DNA from: Chiloscyllium plagiosum
Taxonomy: Eukaryota
NCBI RefSeq assembly: GCF_004010195.1
Contig: NC_057719.1
Span: 30,815,001-30,879,000, forward strand
DNA: 64,000 nucleotides
Reading direction: 5' to 3'
How positions within the stretch are numbered: position 1 is the first letter of the stretch; each line of letters begins with the position of its first letter. Shown here one piece after another: positions 45,882 through 59,602 of this stretch. The translations under genes and the position numbers were made by a program. Below the pieces are notes generated by a model that had not been told where the DNA came from, made no database searches, and saw only the letters and a program-made list of their open reading frames with translations.

Positions 45882-48859
45882 GACTATCCCATCTGCCTTC
45901 CCTCAGCATTGCCACCTGCTGCTAAAGGTTCCATTACATGGATGTGTGTTAGGAAAAGATAAATAACCTTTAAACGTGACAGAAAAATTTAGGGCTGGTC
46001 CTTTCAAGTATCAGTTTTTTTTGTGGTTTGTTAAGTTTTAATCATTATTTGGATTCAGGCATAAACTTCCCGATTTCTGTGTTTAACTGCGAATGTATAG
46101 CATTGGAAACTGATATCGGTCGCTTAATAATGGTGGGTTCCAATAGACCAGCAATAACTCTAGGACATAATTATTATATTTTTTAACTTCTTTCTGTCTT
46201 TTTTCTCTCTCTCTTACTCCTATTTTTCATTTCAGCCCTTTATTTCGATTCTTGCACATGATCAATTTTTAATTATCTTTTAATTATATCCTTTTAAAAC
46301 ACTGAAGACTGAAGTATGCTAGAGCTTAGCCCAAATGTGCATTCCATCTGGGGTAGGGGTGCTGCTTTGAAATTGGGAAACAAGAAAGAATTGGCTTCCT
46401 GATTGTCCTCCAGGATTCATGAGGACTCCATTTTTTTTTCTCTATTGGTTTCCCACTCAAAGGAAACTTGATTGACAGATTAGAGATCTGTTCACTGGGA
46501 AGCCTTCAGCACAAGGTCACAGTGAAAAAGAACACATCATGGATTACTGCAGAATCAGATATGATGGTATTTCTTAATACAAAGATGTTCCAATTGTGGC
46601 GAGACCCACTCACAGGAAGGAAATTATAATGGTTTGTGGGGTTACCAATTGCTGGAAAGTGCCTTCAAAGGCAATTGGAGGAGCTGGCACAATCAAGGGA
46701 TGCATCTAATAGTACTTGGGTGGTCCAGTAGAGGCCACTTGTCTGATATTGATCAGGAGATTGAGGGTTCAGTACTCCTGGGGTGTAATGATTGATTACA
46801 GAAATTGAAAACTAATGGGGCAAGTGTGGTATTTATTGATTATCTTACTGGAGCAAATACTTACGCATCTCCTGTTTCAAAACCAGTGCTTTAAAATCAT
46901 GCAGCTCATGTATTCAGCCCCTTTGATCACCTTGAAGGTGTTGGGTTTTGCAAGGTATGACCAGCAAGAGTTAAGAATAGAATGACTGCCGAAATGAAGG
47001 CAAGTGACCACTGTTGCAAATATTTAATTCATCATTCATACATTTTAGTTTCTAAATTTTAGCTTTAGGAATTAAAGTTTAATAGTAGCAAATGGGATAA
47101 ATGCAATTGAAACACATGAAAGTCTATCATGTTTTAAAGGTTAGTGGCATGTTGCTTGAAGACATTACTCTCATTTGGTTTACAGAATCGGAATCAAAGA
47201 GATTGGTTGTTTTACGAGTTACCTCAAAATTAGCTTGAAAGCATTCAGTGAATTCTGAAAGGTTATAAAACCCATAAGAAGAGCATGCCAATATGCAAAT
47301 TAGGAGCAGGAGTATTCTAATGCTGTTGAATGGGACAGGAATGCGAAACACTTCAAAGGCCACAGTGAAACTAGAACTCATTACTCCTGGTTTACAAAAT
47401 CAGTACACTAACCAACAAGCTATGGAGCCAGAGTGTCTTGAGCCTGCTCTGACATTCAATATGATCTGATTCCTTCACAATCCTACCTACCCTCAATGAC
47501 CATTCCAACACCCCTTGCTAATCAAATATCTTTCCACCTTAAAAATATTCAACATTTCTGTTTCCACACCATTTTGAGGAAGACAGTTCAAACAATTCTT
47601 AACCACTTGTGAAAAAAGAATTTTCCTTATCTCTTTGGGATCACCCCATTTAAGAAATTGAACAATTTAACATTTCAGACATTATACTCTACTTGCCAGA
47701 TCTTTGTCCACTCACTTAATCTATCTATTACCCTTTATAATAAAACAAAAAGTACTGAAGAAACTCAGGTCTGGCAACATCTGTGGAGAGAAAAATAAAG
47801 CTAACATTCCGAGTCCAATGTGACTTCTTCAGAAGTCTTCTAGTTGTGATTGGCATAGCATACATTTGGTAGCATAATCAGTGATTGTAATACCTCAATA
47901 AATGGCCAACCCACTTACCATAATGGATTGTTGCCTGTCCCTTCTCTGGGTCCATTAAAACTGGAAGTGGATGAGTTTGGGGCACATTTTGTTCCCGTTC
48001 CAAATTGGTTGAATGTTAATCACTGACTTTAACCCCTTTTTGGGGATTATGATTAAACCATGCTTGCTTCCATAAGAATTCTTCAATCTATTTGATTAAG
48101 AAAACACACATCTACTTGTCCTACTCACACTTGCTTCAGATTCTCTGTAGAGGGAGCTGAGTCAAAGTGGATTTCTAACAATCATAAATTCTTATCTGTG
48201 GGTAAGTGAAAGTGTCATGAAAGGCTAGTGTTGTTCATTCTTCACTGATTACAAAATCCAGGCCAATACTTTGATATTTCAAGAAACTTTATATTCAGCA
48301 TTATTGACTGCTTGCTAAAATTAAAGGCACTATTAAGCCTGTAAAAGTCAGATCAATTTAACTGGTGCAGTTATGACATTTTGTAAAAGGGCATGTATAA
48401 AACAATTTTATTTTTAAAATTGCATCAGACTGTTTTTGCAATTGTCAACATTTGGTGCATGCACTGTAAACTATTGGTATTCTTCTTTCAAACAGGAGGG
48501 ATGTTTTTAATCTATTGGCAATTTCATCCCATGTTTTCCAATTGACTAAACAGTACTATATTAGAGCGTTTACTTTGTATTTTAGTGGACAGGAGTGCTT
48601 ACATCCCACGAGTAAATAAGATAAAAATAAATTTTTGATATCACATGGAGTAAATTGAATTGGCTGAAGACAAAAAGAGGTTGAAATGGATCATCTACTC
48701 AGAACTTCCGATTGAAGATACATGCAAATGTTTCAGCCTTGTCTTTAGCAGTGATGTGGTGACCTCCCCATCATTAACAATGGGAATGTTTGTGGGCCTC
48801 CTCCTCCACAATTGGAGCAAGCACTGTATATGCAAAGGCTATGGACCCTACAGGTAATC

Positions 48860-49545
48860 ATACTAAAGACTATGGTTTCCATCACTAAGCTGTTCCAGTA
48901 CAATTAAAACACTGGTTTCTAACCAGCAATGTGGACAATTGGCCAGCTGTGTCCAGTTCACCAAAAAGTGAGACAAATCCAACCCAGCCACTTTCTGCTC
49001 CTTCAGTCTATCCTCAATCATTAGCAGAAAGTGTCATGAATATCAAGCTGTCAAGCATCACTTTCTTAGTAACAGCCTGCTGACTGATGGTGTTTAGGTT
49101 CCACAAGCCCACACCGCCCCTGACTGTACTATAGTCTTGGACCAAACACGAACAAAAGGGCTGAGCTTAAGAGGGGAAGTGAAATCAAGACAGCATTTGG
49201 TTGAGTGTGGCTTCATTAGTCCTAGCAAAACTGAAGACAATGTGAATCAAGTGAAAACTCTATGCTGGTTGGAGCCATATATAGCACAAAGGAAGGTCAT
49301 GTTTGTTAGCAGTCAATAATCTTAGTCCTAGATGTATAGATCAGTATTATTTTACTTTCTTTATTATTAGTTGTGGACAGAAATGGAAAAATGACTGCTT
49401 TAAAGTCCTTGACTCACTGTCACTGGGTCAACATTCTGTAACTCCTGCCTGAACTTTATTGTGGCTGTACCTGTGACTGTAGCTGCTCAGTACCACCTTC
49501 TCCTGGGTAATATGGATGGACAATAAATGCCAGGCTCACAAGCTG
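48860..49545 (+). mobile_element. Ancient L2/CR1-group LINE fragments with 3' tail
   Basis: PVHQK..KSNPA..CSFSLSSIIS motif, colinear with 1000-1180; ggatggacaataaatg tail. Confidence 0.6.
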
Positions 49546-49569
49546 TAAAATATTTTTTTCAATGTTATA

Positions 49570-50142
49570 CATACAGATGTTACAGCACAGACGGAACGCA
49601 TTTAGCTCATTGTGTACTCACCAGTCAATAAATATCTGACCGCATGAATTCCATTTTCCAGTTCTTGGCCACAGTCCAAGAGGCAAAGCAATGAGTAAAT
49701 ATCTAAATACTGCTTTGATGTTACGATCATTTCTGACTCAACCACCCTTTCCGGCAGTGAGTTCCAGACTCCCACCACTCTTTGGGTAAAAGTTCTCCTA
49801 TTTCTCCACTTAGCCTTCTAACTCTTACCTCTTACCCTGGTTATTGACACCTCTAATGGTGGAAAATGTGCCTCCCTATCCACCCTATCTTATACATGTT
49901 TATTAGGACCCTCTCAACCTTCACTACTCCAGGGAAAACAACCCCAGCCAACCCAATCTTTCCTCATAGCTCAGCACCCTCCATCCAAGCAGAATGCTGG
50001 TATATCTCCTCTGCACCCATTATAGTGCAATCACATCCTTCCTACATGTAGTGACCAGAACAGCTCTAGTTGTGGCTTTCCTAACATCTTATACAGTTCC
50101 AGCATATCATCCTTGCTCTTGTATTCTATGCCTCGGCTAATA
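49570..50142 (-). mobile_element. Old CR1 3' portion
   Basis: Colinear with 40928-41850; QRVVGVWNSLP on the minus strand. Confidence 0.75.
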
Positions 50143-50334
50143 GATGGTAATATAAAGCAGTGTAAAAACAAATCAGTTTCTTAAATGATAATTTTTCTCT
50201 AACTTCTCTCAACTAAAAGTATAATTGGTTTAATAAAAACAAGCAATTATTGAGTGAGACATGAAACACATGCAAGATGACATACTTTGGACCACTGTTT
50301 AGAAATGTAATTGTTCAGAGTATTTGAGAAAATT

Positions 50335-50935
50335 TGTAGTTCATGTTGTGGATGAGGTTGTTGACTTGCTCACTGAGCTGGTACGTTTGTTTGCAGATGT
50401 TTTGTTGTAATTCTAGGTGACATCATCAGTGCGCCTCTGGTGAAGCACTGGTGTTCTGTCCCACTTGCTCTTTGTGTCTGGGTCTGCTGGGGTTGGTGGT
50501 GTCAATTCCAGTTTTGTTGTTGGTTCTGTTTCTTAGTGATTGGTATATGGGGTCTAACTCTACATGTTTGTTAATAGAGTTCTGGGTTAAGCGCCAGGCT
50601 TCCAGGAATTCCTGTGCATGTCTCTGTTTGGCTTGTCCTAGGATGGACACATTGTCCCAGTCAAATTTGTGTCCATCATTGTCCTTGTGTATGGATACAA
50701 ATGATAGCTGGTCATGTCTTTTGGTGGCTGGTTGGTGTTTGTGTACCAGGTGTAAGGGATCCTTTATACTTTATTCATGGTAACCCACAACCAACTACCA
50801 CACTACAACAGCTACTAACAAGAATAAAGGATCCCATACCCACAACCAACAGGACCAACATTATACACAAAATGCCATGTAAAGACTGCCAAAAGTACGA
50901 CATAGGGCAAACAGGAAGGAAATTACCACCAGAGT
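50335..50935. mobile_element. Poseidon-type PLE 3' end (-) joined to an inverted GIY-YIG N-terminal piece (+)
   Basis: Minus: ILGQAKQRHAQEFLEAW...SINKHVELDPIY; plus: PTTTLQQLLTRIKDP...NIIHKMPCKDCQKYDIGQTGRKL. Confidence 0.85.
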
Positions 50936-51244
50936 AATTGTACACTTGTTACATGGATTGGTTGGGATAGATGGTCTGTTTCTTATACTGCATATCCCAT
51001 GTAACTTTACATATGTAATGTTGATCAATAATGCAAGGGAAGGAAACTAACACTGTTATTCCTTGAGATTACATAGAAGAATTCTATCTACCATGACCAA
51101 TTAGAGGAACGAGAATGACATGTAATCACCATCATCTCCAAGTTCACTTCCAAGTCATACACTGCAGATCAAGAAAAAAATCCAATTCCATCTATTCATG
51201 GTAATGAGAGATGAAAAATAAATTATACTTGCTAGTTTAACTGG

Positions 51245-51485
51245 GATCACCACCACGTGCAAGTTCCCCTCCCAGCCACTCACCATCTTGAGTTGGAAAT
51301 ATATTCAGTGTCACTGGGTCAAAATCCTAAAACTCCCTTCCTAATGGCATTGTTGGTCCACTTACACCAAATGGATTGCAGTATTCAAAATGACAGCTTA
51401 CCAACAACTCCTTAAGAATGACTAGGGATGGGTAATAAGTCTGACCCAGCCAGTGTCACGCACATTCCATGAATTCAAAAAAATC
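51245..51485 (+). mobile_element. L2-like LINE 3' end
   Basis: tgcaagttcccctcc..ccactcaccatc...gggtcaaaatcc...ctagggatgggtaataa tail. Confidence 0.7.
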
Positions 51486-51838
51486 CTACATCCCATGAAT
51501 AAACTAAACAGAGAGAAAGCAATAGATTGCTCCTTATACTAGAAGTGACATCTGAATGATATCGCTTACAAGTCACCCAAAGACAAGGCATCACTTTACA
51601 AATTCAGATCTATCATTCATGTGTACTTCATATTGTGACAAGCATTAATCGTGATTGCAAATATTCTCGCCTACCCAAAAAGACTGAGTGTATCTTTTGT
51701 TTCTAAAATTTAAGCCTTATCGCAGCACGATAACAAAATATGGACTATCATGCTGAATTATTCACAATAATCTGTCAATCTGACAGCAGAAAAAACTGCT
51801 TCAAATTTGTAAAAAGAAATACTTAATGACAATCATAC

Positions 51839-51937
51839 TAAGGCTGAATCATGACTTGATTGCACGGTCTTGCAAAATACTCCCACCACTTTGTGTATAT
51901 TCACAAAATCTACTTTTTCATCAGATGCAATTTCTGT
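51839..51937 (-). CDS. Candidate 99-nt exon (TEIASDEKVDFVNIHKVVGVFCKTVQSSHDSAL)
   Basis: AG/GT bounded (gattgaacag / GTATGA), open phase 0 to 0, unique sequence. Confidence 0.25.
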
Positions 51938-52164
51938 CTGTTCAATCATTAACATAAAAAGGGCAACAAAGGAGAGGAGATGAGATAAAGGGGTCCAAGT
52001 GAATGTAATTTGTTTGAGTTTGAAGTCATAGGTAGTGGGCCAACTGCACAGCTATCCATGTTGTACTTGCTTATAGCCTGCTATGGGGTGTTTCTCATTC
52101 TCACGTACTGTGTGACCAACTGAAAGACCCAACAAAAGGAAAGGTGACACCCAGTGGGAAGACA

Positions 52165-53110
52165 ACATGGATACAAAATTGACTGAGCGATAGGAAACAG
52201 AGGGTAATGGTCAATTGATATTTCTCAGGCTGGAGGGAGGTTTGTAATGGAATTCCTCAGGGGTCAGTTTTCTGATCTTATTTATTCTGATATTTCTGCT
52301 TTTCCCTGATATATATACTAATGGTGTTGATCTTGATGTGCAAGGGACAATTTAAAATTTTGCAGATGACTTGAAATTGAAAAGAATTGAAAACTGTGAT
52401 GAGGGCAATGTAGAATTTAAAAGAACATTGACAAGTGTGTGGATAGATGCTGATGGGTTGAATAGAGAGAACTGTGAGGTGATATATTTTGGTAGGAAGA
52501 AAATTGGAAGACAATATGAAATATGGCATACAATTCCAAAGGGGTTGCAAGAACAGTGGGACCTGGATGTATATGTGCACAGATCAGTGAAGGTGACAGG
52601 ACAGGTTGAGAGAGCAATTAATAAAGCATACAGTATCATCACCTTTATTAAGGGGACATTGAGTACAAGAGCAAGGAGGTGATGTTGAACTTTTAAAAGA
52701 CACTGATTAGACCTCAGCTAGAGCACTGTGTACTGTTTTAGGTGATACATTATGTAAAAATATGAATGCATTGGAGGGAGTGCAGAAGTAATTTACAAGA
52801 ATGGTTCTAGGGATGAGAAACTTCAATTATAAGGATAGATTGAAGAAGTTGGGTCTGTTCTTCTTGGAGAGAAGAACAATATGAAGAGATCTGATACATG
52901 TTTCCAAAATCATGAGAAGGTTAGATAGAGTAAATGGGTAGAAATTGTTCTCGCTCATAAAAGAATCCAGTGATTTGCATAAGAAACGAATGCAATGTGA
53001 AAAAAAAAACTTTATCACACAGTGAATGGTTAAGATATGGAATGCACTGTGAGAAGTGTAGTGGAGACAGATTCAACTGAGGCATTCATGAGGGTATTGA
53101 CTGATTATAT
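52165..53110 (+). mobile_element. Old CR1 RT/3' portion
   Basis: GIPQGSV, NFADDLKL, CEVIYFGRK, LIRPQLEHCV, FITQ*MVKIWNAL. Confidence 0.85.
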
Positions 53111-54371
53111 GGCTCTTTTCTCTGCCGTAATTCTTCTGTGATTCTTAGAGCACTGACTCTGCTTTTGCTGTTAACCCCCTTTCCTCCCCTTTCAAGAATT
53201 CCAATCCCTTCCCACTTACCTTTCCCTAGGACTCCAGCAATAATGCCTGGTGAATGTCCATTGCTCCTGGTTGTTGAAAGGTTGTTGGCTCTGATTGACT
53301 GGCAGCTCTTTGGACAGGATTGCCACTCTGCATTTGAAACAGGAGGTTTAACACTGTCGAGGTAAATTCCTGTTTATTGCGTCGTATTTCCCAAACAATA
53401 TGCAACACTGGGTTCACAATGGTTTTGCAGCTAGTGTACTTGAGCCCGAACATGAACAATAAATCCCCTCATAGAAAGTTATACTGCAACTTTAGAGAAC
53501 ACAGATTAGACCTTAGCTGTAATATGGTGTTAATTAGCACCACACTGTAGAATGAGTGTCAATGCCTCACAGGGTGCAGAAAACCTTTATGACAATTGTA
53601 CCTGGGTGAGGGACTTCAGTTATGTGGAGCAACTGGGGAAGCTGCATTCATTCTCAATAAATTGTGAAGGTGTTAGGTTTTCTTTTTGATAAATGGTAAT
53701 AATCAATAATTTGATTGTATTGCATATTAACGGCAGTAATTAGACTTCATGCAACACAAGTGAGACTTAGTATATTACATTATCTGAGCTGAATTTTATT
53801 ACTCCATTATAAGCAAATGCCTGCACACTTTGAACATCTGGTTTGTCCTCCAAGAGATGAATTTTGGTCCCACCCTTCCCCACCCCAGCTGGTATATTTG
53901 AAATGGGGGAAGTACATAAAATAAAGTGGGTGGTCAATCCACTTGCCCATAGTGTTCAGGGATGTGTAGGTTAGTTGCATTAGTCATAGAAATGTCAGGT
54001 TGTAGGGTAGGGGAATGGGTCTGGGTGGGAAAATCTTTGGAGGATCTGTGCCCCTGATTACAGAATGTGGGCAATGTAGCAGGCAGCCTGCTGAAGCCCT
54101 TAAACTGTTGATTAATGTTCACTTAAAGACTTTACTCTGCCCCCATTACAATAATATGTTTGGCTAGGGAAGGTGGATAGAAAGTGGCCATCCCTCAAAT
54201 TTAATAGCTCAGATTAAACAGCAGGAAGGAAAGGCATTCTATCTCCACTGTTGGTGAAAGATAAGGAGCATGGATGTCTGCTGCAATCATCAAAACCCAA
54301 GACCATCCCTTCCAATTTCTGCCTGAGTGTGACCTCTGAAACCATCATCCAAAATCCCTCCTTCTTCTTGT

Positions 54372-55625
54372 TAGAACATTAGAATGTAAGAACCAGGAGC
54401 AGGAATAGGCCATCTGGCCCTTTGAGCCTGCTCTGCCACTCAATTAGATCATGGCCAATCTTTTCGAGGACTCAGCTCCACTTACCTGCATTTTCACCAT
54501 AGCCCTTAATTCCTTTATTTTTCAAAAAAGTATCTACCTTAGCTTTAAAAGTGATTACTGAAGTAGCATCAACTACTTCCCTGGGCAAGGAATTCCATAG
54601 ATTAACAACCCTTCTACCAAAATGTATGACTTCACATTTAGTAACATTGCATTCCATCTGGCAGATCTTTGCCCATTCACTCAATGTATCTCCATTCCCC
54701 TGCAAAGTTTCACAGTCCTTTGCACACATAACTCTGCCACTCATCTTAGTGTCATCTGCAAATTTTGACACTATACAAGTGGTCCTCAACTCCAAATCAT
54801 ATATATATAAATTGTAAATAATTGTGGTCCTAACACTGATCCCTGTCACTAATTGCCAGCCAGAATAGTACTCATTTATCCCCACTCTTCGCTTCCTGTC
54901 AGTCAACCAATCCTCTATCCTTGCTAATACTCTATCCCTAACACCACACATCCTTATCTTATGCAGCGACCTCATGTGCGGCACCTTGTCAATGGCCTTT
55001 TGGAAATCTAGGTACACTACATCCACTGGGTCCCTGTTGTCCACCTTGCTTGAAATGTCTTCATAGAATTCCAAAAGATATGTGAAGCATGACCTGCCCT
55101 TCGTGCACCCATGCAGCGTCTGTACAACTGGAGAATTTCTTTCGAGATGTCTTGCTATTTCTTCCTTGGTAATAGACTCAAGCATCAGAGGTTAAGCTCA
55201 CTGGTGTTTAATTCCCCATCTTTGTCTACTTCCCTTTTTAAACAGTGGTGTCACATTTGCTATTTTCCAATCTGCTGGGACTGCCCCAGAGTCCAGCAAA
55301 TTTTGGAAAATTACCACCAGTCCACCTGCTATTTCTCCTCCCATCTCTTTTAGTACCCTGGGAGGAGAATTCTATCAGGGCCAGGAGTCTATCCTTAGCT
55401 CTATTAGCTTATCCAACACTAACTCTTCTGTAATAATATTTGTTTCCAAGTCCTCACCTACTTCGTCTCTTCATCACTTACTGGCATGTTATTAGTATCC
55501 TCCACTGTGAAGACCGATGCAAAGTACCTGTTCAATGCCTCAGCTATTTCATCATATCACATAACTAACTTCCCTTTCTCATCCTCTGAAGGACCAACAT
55601 TTACTTTAACCACTCTTCTTCGTTT
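54372..55625 (-). mobile_element. CR1 LINE ORF2 with in-frame internal deletion
   Basis: ORF 54472..55185: YLDFQKAIDKVPH, KFADDTK, then CEVIHFGR joined directly to RVVNLWNSLP. Confidence 0.92.
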
Positions 55626-57059
55626 TATATTTGTTTTGGCTCCACAATTGAAAGGCAGTCCCACTCTCAAGCATTTAATGCTGCCTCCAGTATATTATCA
55701 TTGAGGGGCATCCAGACTTAAAAGATGTTCTTCCCATAATGTTCAACCCAAGTGTCTCTTGAAGTCTTCTACACCCTCTTTCTGTGCAGGTATACTTTTT
55801 ATCATTCTTGAAGTAATTGAAAAACCATTAAATTTCTTTAAACCTCATCACTTATCACTCTATTGTACAATTGTAGGGATGGCATGTACACAAGACTATA
55901 TAGCTTCGCTCAGGTTTGGTTTAATGACCTCTGTCATCAGCATTTTTTGTTATGATTGCTGCCATTATCTATGGCAATACAAAGCAGCATCTTTCGTGGT
56001 AGAACAGATAACATCCTTGAGGATCTCATGATTCTGGCAAAAGGCTCACACTTTTTTGTCTTGAACCAAGGCACAGATCTTCCTGTACTCTGAGGAATTC
56101 CAATTCAGGTAATTAATTTTAATTAACATGGGAAAGTAGCTGTCTCAGCTTGCTGTCCCTTCTGATTTCCACAGTTCTTTACATTTAATTGAATCGACCA
56201 TACTATCAAGGGTTTCTCTTTTAATTCTCCCATAAGAAGGGGAATATGCCATTAAATGCCATGAACCAGTTTTGCCATCCAATGTGTCAAATTCTTGGAG
56301 GTCCCTCACTGGCAACACCTTAGGTGTACCTATGCCACACAGATAGCAGTAGTGTAAGAAAACAGTTCACCACCAGGGCAATTAGGGATGGACAATAAAT
56401 ACTGGCCTAGCCAATGATATCTGCATCACATAAATTTATCAACGTGTAATAAAATTACCATTCTATCCCTTTGATTGAAGCACAATCTCCACTTAACTAT
56501 TCCTTGGTCATGCTCCAGGTACCAGTGAATATGTGAATACAACACATAATACCTCTACAATTATTCTTCAAAAATCTCTGATATAATGTCATTATGCAGT
56601 AAAGCCAATAGAGACCAATTTTACTCAGTCATTACCTTGCCATTATTTGAATGGCTCAATCACAAAAGATGTCCTTTAATCGTGTTTCCCCCTAAGTCAA
56701 GTCTCTCTTTCAGGTCTTTTGACATTCTGACTTTTATTAGCTCATTAACATTTTAAACCTAATTCTTGGTCAAAATGAGAAAAACATGTTGACCTTGGTA
56801 CCCCAGTGTCTGGTCCAGGATTCAAAGTACTTCTGCTTTCTCTACTTGCTGTCCATGCCTCTAAAGTTCTGTTAAGGTGTTTATCTTTTCGGTTGCATGC
56901 AGCAGGTGAGCTTCTTCTTCAACCATTGCACTTTATGTCACGAGGGTGTTCTCACAATTCTGTTAGATAGGGTTTCCAGATATCCATCTAGCATTAATGA
57001 AGAAACAATACCTGTCATGATTTGTGTTATTAATTGGCAGGTGGGTTTGGTTCTCTTAC

Positions 57060-58060
57060 ATTAGGGATGAAAATTGAGATGGACATTGTCTGGCACATAC
57101 GTGAGTGAACATTAATTTCTAATGTTACTTGTGCATAGTACTTAACAGGCTAAGCCTGAATTTTATTCATATATTGCTTCATGGTTGAATGGACCTGTTA
57201 TCTGAAGTATTGTAACTGGAACTCAACTCTGTAAAATCATTAACAGATAATTCCACTTATGATTTTATGATGGAGAGAGGTCATTTATGAAGCGATTGAA
57301 GATGACTATACCTACATGCTATTCTGAGAAGCTGTTGCAATAATGTCTTGGGATGGACATGACTAGCCTCAAATAACCAGAACCACATTAGCATGTGTTG
57401 AGATTACTGTAGCCAGGGACCTGTTCAGTTAGTTAGTTAGTGTTTAGGTCAGATTAATGCAAACAGGGGTTGAATCCCTGTTTTTCAATTGAGGTAAAAC
57501 TGAGACCTTACACTACCTGGCATAAAAAAATCATGGCACTTTGCCATGGTTTGGTGAATACCACCAAGGATCTACCTTTGGCAAAGAAATAAAGAAGAAT
57601 ACTATACCCACTGGAGAATTGTCCTTTGATTCCCAATGACTTTAGTTTGAATCGAGATGCTCAGTATCATACTGTTAATGGTATCTTGAGGTCAAGAACA
57701 GTCACTTTCACCTCACCTCTGAAGTTTAGCTTTTGTGTTTGTGATTTGACCCAAGGGTGTTATAAGTCACAAGAGTTGACTGATCCCAGATAAATCCAAA
57801 CCAAGCATCACTGAACAGATTATTGATGAGAAGTGCCTCTTGATTGTGGTTTGGCCAATATTTTCCACTACTTTGCTAATGATTAAGATTATACTGATGG
57901 GATGGTAATTAGCTAAACTGGATTGTTAAAATTATTTATGGACTGGGCATACTGTGTAATTTTTAACAATCCCAGTTAGTGACCAGTGTTGTCGCTGTAA
58001 TAGAACAGATTGGTCAAGATATGGTGCATTTTGGATTACAAGCCATCAGCAGGACATTGG
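57060..58060 (-). mobile_element. Ancient LINE RT remnants with a small insert
   Basis: Reverse complement reads EVKVTVLDLKIPL and carries atcttaatcattagcaaagt, colinear with 1000-1180 and 49000-49300. Confidence 0.5.
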
Positions 58061-59602
58061 AGCTATCTTTATTTTCCACATTTTAGTACTGCAAATAAAT
58101 GCTGACAAGCATTTATCGTCATGCTTAAACTAAACACTTGAACAACCATAATTATTTCCAAATAAATCTATATAATGTGAGCTACATCTTCATTTCGGTA
58201 CATTTCTTCTAACAGCCTGTATTTCAGAAACTAATTTAGTATTAATTAATTTCTCTATCAAATACTATGCACTTGAACAGAAACTTCCAAGGTACAATGT
58301 AGTGATTATAATTTTCAATGCTAGAATAAGTAGGGGTCCAATATTAACGAGATTTGAGTTCTCTCAAACTAGTCTCCATAAATTCAGTTTTAACCTTAGC
58401 TGAATTACCTTGGGAGACATTTAACAAAAGGCAAGGTATTTCCCCAGAGAGACAGAAAAAGCAACTAAAGACTGCATCAAGCTAATGTACTTTCATGTAC
58501 TACTAAAATGAAGTTAGTTAATAGGAACATGTATGGGTTATGTAGCCATTTTGAACCATTCAACCAATTAATCACATCATGACTCTGCATTTCCAACTTC
58601 ATAATGCTATTTGGTCTGAAGTCCACCTTAATTTAGTAACCTTTAATGTCCTTTCTTCTCCAGTCATAAGAATTTTCTCTTCAAAAAAAAACTTGTGAAT
58701 AATAATTCTGAAGTATATGAATAATTGGATAAAATGTGATTTCAAAATATGTTCACAAAGCACTTAATGACAAGAAAATCACTCTTATACTTTTAGTTGT
58801 AATCTAGCTGTCAATAGAACCATTGAGAAAAGGTTTTCAGTTCTCACTATGGTTTTTTTAAAAGTGACAGGCACTATTATGCTTTTTTTTATTACCATTA
58901 ACAATTTCCCTGTTATTTAGATGAGTATGCCTTAAGGGGGTGTTATACTTATCCCAGGGCTTTTAGCAGGCAGGTTTAGCTTACTGAAACATATTTTCAA
59001 GGTGATTCTCAAATGCCACATTATCAGTCATAAGGATAATTTATTCACTAGCTGTATTTGCATTTGAAGATTCTTAGTTGAAGTTTTCAAGGTAATGAAA
59101 TGTTCCAGATCAAGTCCTTGCATACCATTGTATTTACAATGCTAGAAAAGTGTTGCACATTGTGAAGAATTTTTTTAAAAATCAAACATTTTCAAAACAT
59201 TGAGTTATTCCTGTAGGGTACATATTTGTAATATTTCTGCATTCATTCTATTTTCTTCTAATTGTCATTTATACACCACATCAGCAAGCATGCCAATTTT
59301 ATTACACAGGATTATATATGGAAATTTAAAATGATTATCTTCAATACTTGAAAAATGAGCTAAACAGCAGAATAATAGTGGCACTGCTAATTGCTCAATA
59401 ATACCAATGTCAGGAACGCTAAACTATACCAAAGACTTTGACTGCTCTGATACCTGGTTTAGTTGACCTGTCTCTTCACAACAAAACTTGTCTTAGGTAG
59501 AAATAGAAGCTATGAAATAGAACCTGCATGCCAAAAGGCAACCGGATTGGTGTGTAGAGTAACGAGATAAACACTGAATGTGTAAAGGTGATGATGTATA
59601 AT

